From Candidatus Woesearchaeota archaeon (GTDB lineage: Archaea > Nanobdellota > Nanobdellia > Pacearchaeales > GW2011-AR1): DNA of 64,000 nucleotides. The position numbers were made by a program, and so were the translations under genes. Position 1 is the stretch's first letter; each line of letters begins with the position of its first letter. The stretch lies in assembly GCA_964355135.1 (NCBI GenBank), contig CAYHCG010000001.1, positions 18,138 to 82,137 on the forward strand, in the 5' to 3' direction. This document shows, piece after piece, positions 27,379 to 36,526 of the stretch. Under the pieces are notes generated by a model. It saw only the letters and a program-made list of their open reading frames with translations, was not told where the DNA came from and searched no databases.

Positions 27379-28629
27379 ATGGGAATATTCGATTTATTTA
27401 GAAAAAAACAGGAGCCTATAAAGGAGGCGCATCAACTTAGTTTAGCAAAATCTAATGAATGGATTAAAAATAGAAGAGATAAAATAATTGAAGATATTAG
27501 GCTAGAAATTAATTCCCTAATAAGAGAATTTAATACTCAAAAAGAACTTTTAGGGGAAAATGTTTTGCTTTTAGGCATGGCAGAAGTAAAAGACGAAAGA
27601 GTTTTAGAGAGAGCAAAGCATATTATGGAAGGGAACAGGGAAAATTATATTCAGAAATTAAACCAGTTTATTAATGAAAATGAAATTCCCTTGGAATTTG
27701 AAAAAATTGAGTTTTTCTGCAACAAATTTGATAACTCTATGGATGAACTGACGAAAACTACAGTTAAAAGCCATAATATTATGCAAGAATTTTTTATTAA
27801 AGAAACTAATGCTTTATCCAATAGCGTGAAAGATCTTGATAAGGTAGTTTTTTCACTCAAGAAAATTTTGCAGAATTCAAAGCTGGGAACATTAAGAAAA
27901 ATTGAGAAGAGCGTCTTTGAATTAGAAAGCAGACTAAAAGAGGAAAAAGATTTAGAAACTAAGGCCACGCTACTAAAAGCAGATATAAGTGCTACAGAAG
28001 AAAAAATAACTGAAATTTCAAACACTCTGAAAACTCTAAAAGAAAGCAAAGAATACGGAGATTTTCTTAACACCCTAGTCCGGAGGGATAATATTTTGCA
28101 AGAAATGAACAGAATAAAAGCCGATCTTCTTCGTTTCTTTTCAGCAATCGAACCTGCTTTAAGAAAATATGAGAATTATGTCCAAGACAAGCTGGCTAAG
28201 GAATACTTAGATAATCATTTTAGGACGTTAATGGATAATGGTCATTTAGGAATACAAAAAATCATTTCTGAAATCAAGAGCTTGATTGTTTTGGGAAGGA
28301 TTGAACTTCGAGAGGAAAAGAAAGAGAGAATTTTAGCAGAAATCAATCGTTTAGAAGAGAATTATTTTGCCCAGCTGATTATTAAATATAAGGAATTAAA
28401 CAAGAAACTAGAGGAAATAACTGCAGAAATTGATAATGTAAAAATAGATAAGAAAGTGCGGGAACTTGCAAGCCTTAGTGATGCAGAAAACTTAAAGGCA
28501 GGGGAAGAAAAGCAGAGATTGGATAGAATTACAAAACAACTTGAAGAAATCAATATAGACTCTTTAAAGAGCGATTTAGAAAAGGAAATAATGGAACATT
28601 TTAAAGAAGACATTAAAATTAAATTATAA
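27379..28629 (+). CDS. coiled-coil protein, unknown function
   Basis: 416 aa, rich in E/K/L heptad-like repeats. No enzymatic motif. Confidence 0.5.
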   Translation: MGIFDLFRKKQEPIKEAHQLSLAKSNEWIKNRRDKIIEDIRLEINSLIREFNTQKELLGENVLLLGMAEVKDERVLERAKHIMEGNRENYIQKLNQFINENEIPLEFEKIEFFCNKFDNSMDELTKTTVKSHNIMQEFFIKETNALSNSVKDLDKVVFSLKKILQNSKLGTLRKIEKSVFELESRLKEEKDLETKATLLKADISATEEKITEISNTLKTLKESKEYGDFLNTLVRRDNILQEMNRIKADLLRFFSAIEPALRKYENYVQDKLAKEYLDNHFRTLMDNGHLGIQKIISEIKSLIVLGRIELREEKKERILAEINRLEENYFAQLIIKYKELNKKLEEITAEIDNVKIDKKVRELASLSDAENLKAGEEKQRLDRITKQLEEINIDSLKSDLEKEIMEHFKEDIKIKL

Positions 28630-28755
28630 AATTATTTATCAATTTTAAGTAACAAGAAAAAACTGCTTCTAGAAAATGGAGATTGTAATATATTCTTAAG
28701 TTCGTTTATTTTAGATCCGATAAGTGTTTTTATATCAGATGTTTTTAATTGAGGG

Positions 28756-30426
28756 ATGACAACAAGAAAAATGGGATTAATTTTACTTCTTCTTGTCATT
28801 AGTATTAGTTTTATTTCTCTGGCTTCTGCAAGTTTTGCAACAGATAGAGAATGCAGAAGATTTGGTTTTGATCAAAGTGTCGCTAGATGGAGATGCGGCA
28901 ATATTTTGGGATGGAGACCAACTATTGAAGGTGACGGTGGGACTTTAGTTAATGGAACGTGTAGTGATGCTTTTTGGGATGCACAGGCAAGTGGTGCGGA
29001 TGGAATAGTAGTTAGAGAAAAATTACTTTCAAGCTATTCATTAAATGGAACAAGTGGGGATTTGGAACAATTACGTTCAGATCTTAACAGAATAACTTTT
29101 TGTGTTTATGATAAAGAACTTTCGTGTAAACATGACTATAATTGCGGAAATATTTCTTCAGGACTTGAGTGTGATGGAAGGTCTAATATAATACTCAATG
29201 TGACTACAACTCCCTTCTGTAGTAAGGGTGAATGCATGTTTAATGAAACAAGCGAGTTTTACGATGCTTGCGCCTATGGTTGCTTTGAAGGCCATTGCAC
29301 TCCAGATTCCTGCGGAAATGGAAGTGTAGAGGAGTGGGAGCAATGCGATGACGGCAATGATGTAAATGGAGACGGTTGCAATCATAAATGTGTTATAGAG
29401 CCTACTACTTGCGATCATGAGTGTTTTACTCCTAATTCATTAAATGATAATACTAAAGAAAATATTACTACACATCCTGGAGAAGATAACTTGCAGGAAT
29501 TTTTAGATAGCCATGGTTATTCTATAAATGCTACAAAAGATCAAACAAATACGCAACTATGGCATGCTAGTGATGATGTAGTTTTAGAAATTACTTTTAT
29601 AGGAGGTCAAGCAGTTGAAAGGCATGCATTTGGTTATTATTTAAATTCTGATTCTTCAACTTTTGTTCCTATCTTTGAAGATAGTGATAATCCTTTGTAC
29701 AATAAACCTATAGCGAACGAAGGAGACACTTTCACAGTAACCATAAACGGAAGCAATACTGTTGGATTTGCTATTGATTCGTGGAATGGAACTAGCACAA
29801 CACGAATGCATTTAACGGAGAACCTATTAAACTTTGATTTTAAGGACAGAGTACTTGTTTATGATTTATGTGATGAATTTATCCTGGCTTTTGAAAATAC
29901 TTACTCGGATTTTGATTATCAAGATTTAGTTGTTTCAGTTAAATTAATTTCATGCGGTTCTCAGACATTTTGCGGAAACGAAGTAGTAGAAGAATTTGAG
30001 CAGTGCGATGATGGAAATCAGAATAATTATGATAGTTGCAGAAACGACTGTACATTACCAATTTGTGGAGATGGAACTGTCGATGGAAATGAACAGTGTG
30101 ATGATGGCAATACTAATAATGGGGATGGATGCAATCATAAATGTGTGATCGAAAAAGAGTGCATAGATGCCGATAAGGATGAAGTTTGTGATAATGTTGA
30201 TGAGTGTCCTGATTCTCTCCCTGGTGAAGAGGTAGATGAAGATGGCTGCGATATCTTCCAATTTTGTTCGGGAAGAATTTGCGGTCCTGATTGTAGTAGC
30301 GCTGATTGGCTAGATAATGAAGAGGAAGATCCAAGAGACTGTAAAGTCATTTTGCCTTTGTCAAATGGGATAATCCAGTCTCCAAGATGCGTCCCTACGA
30401 TATCTAGTGATATGTGTGCAGGTTAA
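28756..30426 (+). CDS. secreted cysteine-rich repeat protein with DUF4114-like core
   Basis: Signal peptide and three CGNG..E(Q)CDDGN..(N)GDGCN.KC repeats (Myxococcus-type Cys-rich repeat). The central region ends in DFDYQDLVVSVKL (DUF4114-like). The C-terminal DxDxDxxCDxxDxCP is thrombospondin type-3-like. Confidence 0.65.
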   Translation: MTTRKMGLILLLLVISISFISLASASFATDRECRRFGFDQSVARWRCGNILGWRPTIEGDGGTLVNGTCSDAFWDAQASGADGIVVREKLLSSYSLNGTSGDLEQLRSDLNRITFCVYDKELSCKHDYNCGNISSGLECDGRSNIILNVTTTPFCSKGECMFNETSEFYDACAYGCFEGHCTPDSCGNGSVEEWEQCDDGNDVNGDGCNHKCVIEPTTCDHECFTPNSLNDNTKENITTHPGEDNLQEFLDSHGYSINATKDQTNTQLWHASDDVVLEITFIGGQAVERHAFGYYLNSDSSTFVPIFEDSDNPLYNKPIANEGDTFTVTINGSNTVGFAIDSWNGTSTTRMHLTENLLNFDFKDRVLVYDLCDEFILAFENTYSDFDYQDLVVSVKLISCGSQTFCGNEVVEEFEQCDDGNQNNYDSCRNDCTLPICGDGTVDGNEQCDDGNTNNGDGCNHKCVIEKECIDADKDEVCDNVDECPDSLPGEEVDEDGCDIFQFCSGRICGPDCSSADWLDNEEEDPRDCKVILPLSNGIIQSPRCVPTISSDMCAG

Positions 30427-31190
30427 ATTTTGAATAAAGTTGTTGGTTCTTCTCTTTGAGAAATTTCAATGAAGGGGTTGAAATTTTTTCTTTCTCTAAT
30501 AATGCTATTAAATGTTTTAAGAGCTAGCTGAGGAGTATTGTTTGTTCTGCTTAAGTGGGAGAGTATTATCGTTTTTAATTTTGGGGAAGCGAATTCTAAA
30601 GTGCAGAGTGCCGCTTGAAGGTTTGAGAGGTGTCCCAAGTCACTTTTTATTAGATTCTTAAGAAATCTAGGATAGTGTCCATTTTCTAGCATGTTTTCAT
30701 CATGATTTGCTTCTAGACAGAGAAAATCACAATCTGAAACATGATTTTTTATGTTAACACAAGCATGACCTGCATCTGTGATGACTGAAACTTTCTTTTT
30801 TTCTATCACATTAAATGAAACAGGATCTGCTGCATGGTGGGATTTAGAGAAGGCCTCTACTTTTAATCCATAGATGTCAGTTATCGAATTTTGATCGATA
30901 TGGTTGATCAACTTTCTATCAGAACAGAGAAAGCAGTTTTTTGCAGTCTCTTTTGTGGCATATATTGGAATGTTTAGTTTTCTTGCGATTACGTCACTGC
31001 CGCGGACGTGATCAATATGCTCATGAGTTATGAACAAGGCGCGGATTTTTTGCGGATCTATATTAATTTTTTCTAGCCTTAGCAAGATTTGTTTAGCAGA
31101 AATTCCTGCATCTATGAGGATAGCCGCCTTACCATTTCCAATGTAGAAGCAATTCCCGCTTGATCCAGAAGCCAATGCAGATATTTCCAT
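30423..31190 (-). CDS. MBL-fold metallo-hydrolase
   Basis: HEHIDHVRG (HxHxDH) and downstream His/Asp ligands. Confidence 0.85.
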   Translation of the reverse strand: MEISALASGSSGNCFYIGNGKAAILIDAGISAKQILLRLEKINIDPQKIRALFITHEHIDHVRGSDVIARKLNIPIYATKETAKNCFLCSDRKLINHIDQNSITDIYGLKVEAFSKSHHAADPVSFNVIEKKKVSVITDAGHACVNIKNHVSDCDFLCLEANHDENMLENGHYPRFLKNLIKSDLGHLSNLQAALCTLEFASPKLKTIILSHLSRTNNTPQLALKTFNSIIRERKNFNPFIEISQREEPTTLFKI

Positions 31191-31289
31191 AATCTATATT
31201 TTTCTTAAGGATATATAATTATGATTATTAATTTAAAAAAGACAACTAAAGAATTCTAAGATAAAAATAAAAATTAAATCTTGGCATAA

Positions 31290-31598
31290 TTATGCGCAAG
31301 GCAATGTTGCAGCATTTGCGGAATCTCTACAGCCTCCAGCACAGGTTTGATACTTTACCCAAACTGGACCGCCTAGTTGATTGCGACATTCCATTTTATC
31401 ACATTGTGTACTTCCAGCATGTTTGTATATCATCTTGTCTCCATTTTGGCCAGTACATGATGTCCCTACAGGACTAGAGTAAGTTTGAGTATACTGTTCT
31501 TCTATTGCTGCAAGACTTTGAATATAAGCAGAAGCAAGAGTAAGACTCAAAAGCAAGATCGCAAATGTGATTGTTAATACTTTATATGTATTTACCAT
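31290..31598 (-). CDS. small secreted 6-Cys protein (paralog A)
   Basis: The signal peptide MVNTYKVLTITFAILLLSL is identical to that of 33305..33655. Shared core is CTG.NGDK..YKH...CDKMECRNQ.GGP.W..Y.TCA.GCR...PC. AAGGAGGT lies 7-8 nt upstream. Confidence 0.6.
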   Translation of the reverse strand: MVNTYKVLTITFAILLLSLTLASAYIQSLAAIEEQYTQTYSSPVGTSCTGQNGDKMIYKHAGSTQCDKMECRNQLGGPVWVKYQTCAGGCRDSANAATLPCA

Positions 31599-31683
31599 AT
31601 TTGTTAACCTCCTTACAGAGTGTTAGTTTTTGAAAGAGTAAGAAATATATAAACTTGCGTCATTCTAAAAAGTGGTGACAAAT
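31541..31683 (-). repeat. 143-nt repeat copy A (5' coding end + SD + upstream TATA region)
   Basis: Aligns base-for-base with 33598..33740, with roughly ten mismatches by eye. The first 64 nt or so are identical. Confidence 0.9.
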
Positions 31684-31687
31684 GGAA

Positions 31688-33169
31688 CTATTTGTTGTCT
31701 GGATGTGCTGTGGCTATGTAGTGATCTCTTAAGCTTTCTACACTATAAAATGTTTTTGCTAAACCCTCATTGTTCACAGTTAAGCACATTGGATTGTCGT
31801 TTTGCATTGTCTGGAGAAAATAATTGCCTGAGGATACTAGAGGGACTCCTAAAAATTGTAACCCTTTTTCCACAAAAATAAAAGTTATGTCTTTCTTTCC
31901 ATGCAGCTCTTTCATTAATGATAATTCTTCCTTAAAATGAGGGCTACTCCTGTGAAATTGGAATACTATTTTACCGCCTTCTTTTGCTAACGTTTCTTCT
32001 ATTAATCCTTTAGGAACATTTGCAGGTAGGACAATTCCTCCCAGTTCCTCAATTTGTACATAAGGGCCATCATTTACATCGCTAACTCTTTCATAGATTG
32101 GGCTTTTTCCTTGGGATTCTAAATACTTGCTAATAAGCTTCTTTGATCTATTCCCAAATTCGCTTGGAATGCTATATTCATCTACCTTGCCTTCAAATTC
32201 TGCTTCTGACTGCCTGGCCGCCCTATCAAGTAAGGAGGTAGCTGTTTTTGAAGTTGCTGATAATTGTCCTTTTTTATACTCAATTTGGTTTTGTTGGTAT
32301 TTGAGTTGTTCTTCCCTAAATGCTCTTTGTCCTTCCACATTTAGACTATCAATAATTTGTGGGGAAAAATATTTTAAGTCTTCATTTTTCCCTTTTTCTC
32401 TTTGTCTATCATTTCCATCATTCCAGCTCTTAGGTATTCTTAATCCCCCTGGATTTTGTAATATGGCAAAAAGTTGGTTTACATCACTCAAGTTATAGGA
32501 ACAGACAAATTCTGAACCTGCCTTTCTGCAAGGTACTCCTTTTGATCTTGCAAGATCTACATAAAATTTATCTCTTTCACCAAATAAAACTTGATGATTC
32601 TCTACACTATCACTTAACTCCACTCTTTCAGTAGGCAATGGCTTTTTCAATACAACTTTTTCAACATTGGCTAAAAATCTTTCAGGACTTTTTTTATCTA
32701 ACTTTCCCCAATCTGGTGGAATTACTTCCCATTTCCCATTTTTCTTTGTTCTTATCTCGAAATCGGGAAACTCTGATCTAACGCCTGCATTATATTCTGT
32801 GGCTCCCTTTATAATAATAAAGCCCGTATTTTTGGGATTGTATAAATGCCCATTATTATCCAAATAAGATTTGATTATTATAGCGCCATTTGTACACGGG
32901 GCGCAATTTGTTCTTGAATATTGTATTACAAGTTTTTCAACATCGGGGAATTTAGCGGAATTTAAATTAAATAAACCGATATCTTCTTTATTTTTTATAG
33001 GATCATACCCTTTTATTGGTTCGAGAGTTAAAATTCCTTCTAGAGTTGAACAAACAGTTATGTCTGAGCATTTTTGTTCTTTATTGTGAACATTTGGCGC
33101 TGCACGTTCACAACTGGATAAAAACCCTATTAAGGGAGCCAAAACTAGCGAAAGTCCTGATCTTTTCAT
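31688..33169 (-). CDS. lipoprotein-like protein with thioredoxin-like CAPC motif
   Basis: Signal plus lipobox-like GFLSSC. LVIQYSRTNCAPCTNG resembles a TlpA/ResA-type CxxC strand-loop. The listed start at 33172 is TTG; ATG is at 33169. The remainder is unassigned. Confidence 0.5.
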   Translation of the reverse strand: MKRSGLSLVLAPLIGFLSSCERAAPNVHNKEQKCSDITVCSTLEGILTLEPIKGYDPIKNKEDIGLFNLNSAKFPDVEKLVIQYSRTNCAPCTNGAIIIKSYLDNNGHLYNPKNTGFIIIKGATEYNAGVRSEFPDFEIRTKKNGKWEVIPPDWGKLDKKSPERFLANVEKVVLKKPLPTERVELSDSVENHQVLFGERDKFYVDLARSKGVPCRKAGSEFVCSYNLSDVNQLFAILQNPGGLRIPKSWNDGNDRQREKGKNEDLKYFSPQIIDSLNVEGQRAFREEQLKYQQNQIEYKKGQLSATSKTATSLLDRAARQSEAEFEGKVDEYSIPSEFGNRSKKLISKYLESQGKSPIYERVSDVNDGPYVQIEELGGIVLPANVPKGLIEETLAKEGGKIVFQFHRSSPHFKEELSLMKELHGKKDITFIFVEKGLQFLGVPLVSSGNYFLQTMQNDNPMCLTVNNEGLAKTFYSVESLRDHYIATAHPDNK

Positions 33170-33304
33170 CAAAAATAAAGGAGGATTTAGTATAAATACC
33201 TTACTACTTTAAAGTTAATATCTTGTGAAATTAAAATAACCTCGGCCTCTAGGAGGCACTAAGGAAATAAAAAATAAAAGAAAATTGGATTCTTTGTTAA
33301 GCAT

Positions 33305-33655
33305 TTATACACAAGGCATTGCAGGACCTCTGCATCCACTAGCGCAAGTTTCATAAACCATCCAAATTGGACCGCCTGCCTGATTTCTGCATTCCATTTT
33401 ATCGCAGGTTGTACTTCCATAGACATCCTTAGAATGTTTATAAGTTATCTTATCTCCATTTCGGCCAGTGCACTTTTGTCCAGCAGGACTTGCGTAAACT
33501 ATTGGCTCAGTAATTGGATTAATTGTCCCAATTGATGTATCCAGTAGTGTTCCATCACCATTTTCTCCACTTAATGTGGTAATAGCAGAAACTGACATAA
33601 GACTCAAAAGCAAGATCGCAAATGTGATTGTTAATACTTTATATGTATTTACCAT
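33305..33655 (-). CDS. small secreted 6-Cys protein (paralog B)
   Basis: See 31290..31598. Same signal peptide and the same Cys framework. Confidence 0.6.
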   Translation of the reverse strand: MVNTYKVLTITFAILLLSLMSVSAITTLSGENGDGTLLDTSIGTINPITEPIVYASPAGQKCTGRNGDKITYKHSKDVYGSTTCDKMECRNQAGGPIWMVYETCASGCRGPAMPCV

Positions 33656-33740
33656 ATTTATTAACCTCCTTACAGGGTGTTAATTTTTAGATGACTAAGA
33701 AATATATAAATGTTCGTCATTCTGAAAAGTGGTGACAAAT
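33598..33740 (-). repeat. 143-nt repeat copy B
   Basis: Partner of 31541..31683. Confidence 0.9.
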
Positions 33741-33766
33741 ATCGATTTTGGTGTAAATCTTGGCAA

Positions 33767-34834
33767 TTATTGCCTAATTTTTCTTTGACGTTTTCGCTTT
33801 GCTCTTCTTTCTGCTTTGAGAATACCTTTTAACTCTCCCTGAGCTGAAGGACTGAGATAATCAGAAGCTTTATCACTATAGTGTATATCTAAGAGTATTC
33901 TTTTTCTTTCACTTTTATGTTTATCTAAAGCTAGCATCCTATCTACTAATTCTTGTGGATTTGGCAGATATTCTAAAACTGTGGGAATGGCACTATCACT
34001 TTCACTGATTAAAAATAAAGCCCTTGCTAGAGCATTCCTGACAAAATCGGAATTCTGCAGATACTGATTGATGTAAGGTTTGGCAAATACTTCTTTTATT
34101 CCTCCAGGAGAATCAGGAGGGATTTCAAACTCCCATTCTTCATTGAGATCCGCTAGTGTGACAAGATAAGGAGCTACAAGGATTTCAAGATCACGTACGT
34201 TATCTCCTTTTTTGGCGTCTACTCTTTCTAAGAAGCTTCCGTATCTATCTAGAGTGGTCTTGCGAAAAGGAGATAAATCTAGGTGTTCAACCATCTGCCT
34301 ATTTCTCTTGAAGATAGCTAGTCCTTGAGGGATAAAGTCGTCGGACAGGTCGTCATAATGCTTCACTAACACGTCTCTCACCACTGTATACGAGTCTGAT
34401 AGGCCGGCTAGTTCTGGTAAACTTTCCCATAGCCTTCCATTGTTAAGTCTCTTTTCAAAATCAGGAGTTAACGCTTCTCTAAATATCGAATCTGTTTTTT
34501 GAACGAGTTTTTCGTGTAAAACAGCATGCCCGCGTGAAAGTCCGGGGCGAGCCCCTTGTCCTAGCGGCATGAGCAAAGCATAGTTGACGGCTATATCTAG
34601 AATAGATTGTAAATCTACTGGAGTAAACTCAGGAAGTCTTTTTTCAACGCCGTCAAACACATACCAGAAACCTCCGTGTTGCAGATTTTCTAAAATGCCC
34701 TCTGCCGTAGAAGTTACTTCTCCTTTAGCCCTATATTCTGTTACGAAATCTCTGGCACGATTTCTTATTTGCTCCCTTGATACTTCAAGTTGTTCTGCAG
34801 ATTCATGCGGAAGTAGATTAATAGTATACCCCAT
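33767..34834 (-). CDS. hypothetical protein with basic C-terminal tail
   Basis: Clean 355-aa ORF ending RRAKRKRQRKIRQ. No recognised domain. Confidence 0.5.
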   Translation of the reverse strand: MGYTINLLPHESAEQLEVSREQIRNRARDFVTEYRAKGEVTSTAEGILENLQHGGFWYVFDGVEKRLPEFTPVDLQSILDIAVNYALLMPLGQGARPGLSRGHAVLHEKLVQKTDSIFREALTPDFEKRLNNGRLWESLPELAGLSDSYTVVRDVLVKHYDDLSDDFIPQGLAIFKRNRQMVEHLDLSPFRKTTLDRYGSFLERVDAKKGDNVRDLEILVAPYLVTLADLNEEWEFEIPPDSPGGIKEVFAKPYINQYLQNSDFVRNALARALFLISESDSAIPTVLEYLPNPQELVDRMLALDKHKSERKRILLDIHYSDKASDYLSPSAQGELKGILKAERRAKRKRQRKIRQ

Positions 34835-34878
34835 TTAATTAGGGGTTGGCGTCTATTTAAAAATAATTATATCTTTGA

Positions 34879-35490
34879 TTATCTAGCTGAATCTGCTTGT
34901 TTCTCAGCTTCGTTTTTCTTTGAATAGGCGAAAGATTCCATGTTACCTTCAGAAGCTTTGATAATTTCTTCTGCTAATGCTGTCGCCATCTTTTTCTTTT
35001 TACCGAATGATTTTTGATGCGCTCCCTGAGTCATCCATCTCAATGCTAGATCAATTCTTCTTGTAGGAGAGGAGTCAACTGACTGAGGATAACGGGCTCC
35101 TGCGTGTTCGATTACTGTGATTTCGTCTCGTGGAGAACCTTTTTCAACTGCATCAACTAGAACTTGTATTGGATTTTTATTTGTTTTTTGCTGTATAATT
35201 GCTAAAACCTGCAAGATTGTTTTCATGTTTTTGTTATATTTGCCGGAAGAATGCGAGGTGATTAATTTATGCTTCTTTCCTATATGTCCTGAAGTAGATA
35301 ATCTATTTGCTAATCTTTCAAGGACATTTACTTTTGACTTGCCAAATTTTCCTACATTTCTTCCTTGAGACTTCAGTAATAATTTAGGTTCTATATTTAA
35401 GTAAGGTTTTAATGCAGGATCTCTCACTGCAACTTCTGAGACGTCATAGATATCAAATATTTTAAGTGTTTGAACTTCTTGCTCTGCCAT
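34879..35490 (-). CDS. rps7: 30S ribosomal protein uS7
   Basis: Archaeal S7 pattern (..KLLLKSQGRN..KSKVNVLERL.N.L...G..GKK..A..IV..A) immediately downstream of uS12. Confidence 0.93.
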   Translation of the reverse strand: MAEQEVQTLKIFDIYDVSEVAVRDPALKPYLNIEPKLLLKSQGRNVGKFGKSKVNVLERLANRLSTSGHIGKKHKLITSHSSGKYNKNMKTILQVLAIIQQKTNKNPIQVLVDAVEKGSPRDEITVIEHAGARYPQSVDSSPTRRIDLALRWMTQGAHQKSFGKKKKMATALAEEIIKASEGNMESFAYSKKNEAEKQADSAR

Positions 35491-35491
35491 T

Positions 35492-35914
35492 TTACCTTCT
35501 ACCTTTTTCTATCTTACCATGAACCAGTCTTTCTAATGGCTGGTCATTTACTTTAATTACTGCGAAACGAATTCCTCTGATATCTCCCTTGGAACGGCCT
35601 TGCTTTCCACCAATTCTTTCTATAATTACTTCATCGTGTTCATCAATAAATTTCTGAGCTAAGTTTCCTGGGATGAAAGCGCCAACCTGAATTCCATTTT
35701 TAATCAACTGTACTTTGCAGCATTTTCTCATTGCAGAGTTTGGCTGCGCAGCTTCTTTTTGGAATTTTCCGATGACAATTCCTTTTGCTTGAGAAGATCT
35801 TCCCAATGGATCAGACTTTATCTTTAGATTTTTAGCTTTGACTTTATAATTATGATCGCTCCATCTAAATTTCTTTCTCTTATTCATTACTTTTCTAGCA
35901 TTAAGTAAACCCAT
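35492..35914 (-). CDS. rps12: 30S ribosomal protein uS12
   Basis: KSDPLGRSSQAKGIV..K...EAAQPNSAMRKCCKVQLIKNG and GDIRGIRF.VIKV. Confidence 0.95.
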   Translation of the reverse strand: MGLLNARKVMNKRKKFRWSDHNYKVKAKNLKIKSDPLGRSSQAKGIVIGKFQKEAAQPNSAMRKCCKVQLIKNGIQVGAFIPGNLAQKFIDEHDEVIIERIGGKQGRSKGDIRGIRFAVIKVNDQPLERLVHGKIEKGRR

Positions 35915-35998
35915 GAATATACCTTGGAAAATTGCTTTTTAAATGTTTTTACAGAGCATTTTGCTGTCTAGTGTCTCTCTTATGCAAAATCTCTGTCT

Positions 35999-36035
35999 GG
36001 AGAATTAAGATTTTATCTGATTAAATTAATTCTCC
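35999..36035. promoter_or_regulatory. perfect 10-bp inverted repeat GGAGAATTAA-N17-TTAATTCTCC in divergent intergenic region
   Basis: Read directly from the sequence. It lies between the rps12 start (35914, minus) and the 36114 gene (plus). Confidence 0.35.
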
Positions 36036-36113
36036 ATAAAGCCGGAATTTCTCGATTTTAATTACCTTAGAGTTATTCCTAGCAATTAAATAGCTTGATT
36101 TTGTTTTTTAATT

Positions 36114-36452
36114 ATGCAGAGAACAACATTTGATTATAGTATAGAATTACCCCAGAATGATACTTTACATGCCCTCTATGGTGAAGCTTCAGAACATGGT
36201 AGATTTAGAGGTATTGTAAATGCAACTACTCCTGAAACAGCAGTGATTAGTTTTGCTCAGAGAAATTATACTGCAGAATATAGAGAACCTATCCTTACAG
36301 AACTTAGAAAACTCTCAGGAGGGAATATTGGACAGTACGCTGCTCTGGTAGATTATGGTGCAATTTATACAGCGGTAGAGGGCAGGGGCAATGATCACAC
36401 TTATCGTAGTGGGAGGAGAGTTACCCTTGGTCACGCTGAATTAGTTTCTTAA
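36114..36452 (+). CDS. hypothetical protein
   Basis: Clean ORF. No recognised motif. Confidence 0.4.
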   Translation: MQRTTFDYSIELPQNDTLHALYGEASEHGRFRGIVNATTPETAVISFAQRNYTAEYREPILTELRKLSGGNIGQYAALVDYGAIYTAVEGRGNDHTYRSGRRVTLGHAELVS

Positions 36453-36526
36453 GGCATAATAGAGATTTTATTATTAGTTTTGAAAAGAATAAGTAATTTT
36501 ATTAATGGCTTTATTGTTATTATACG

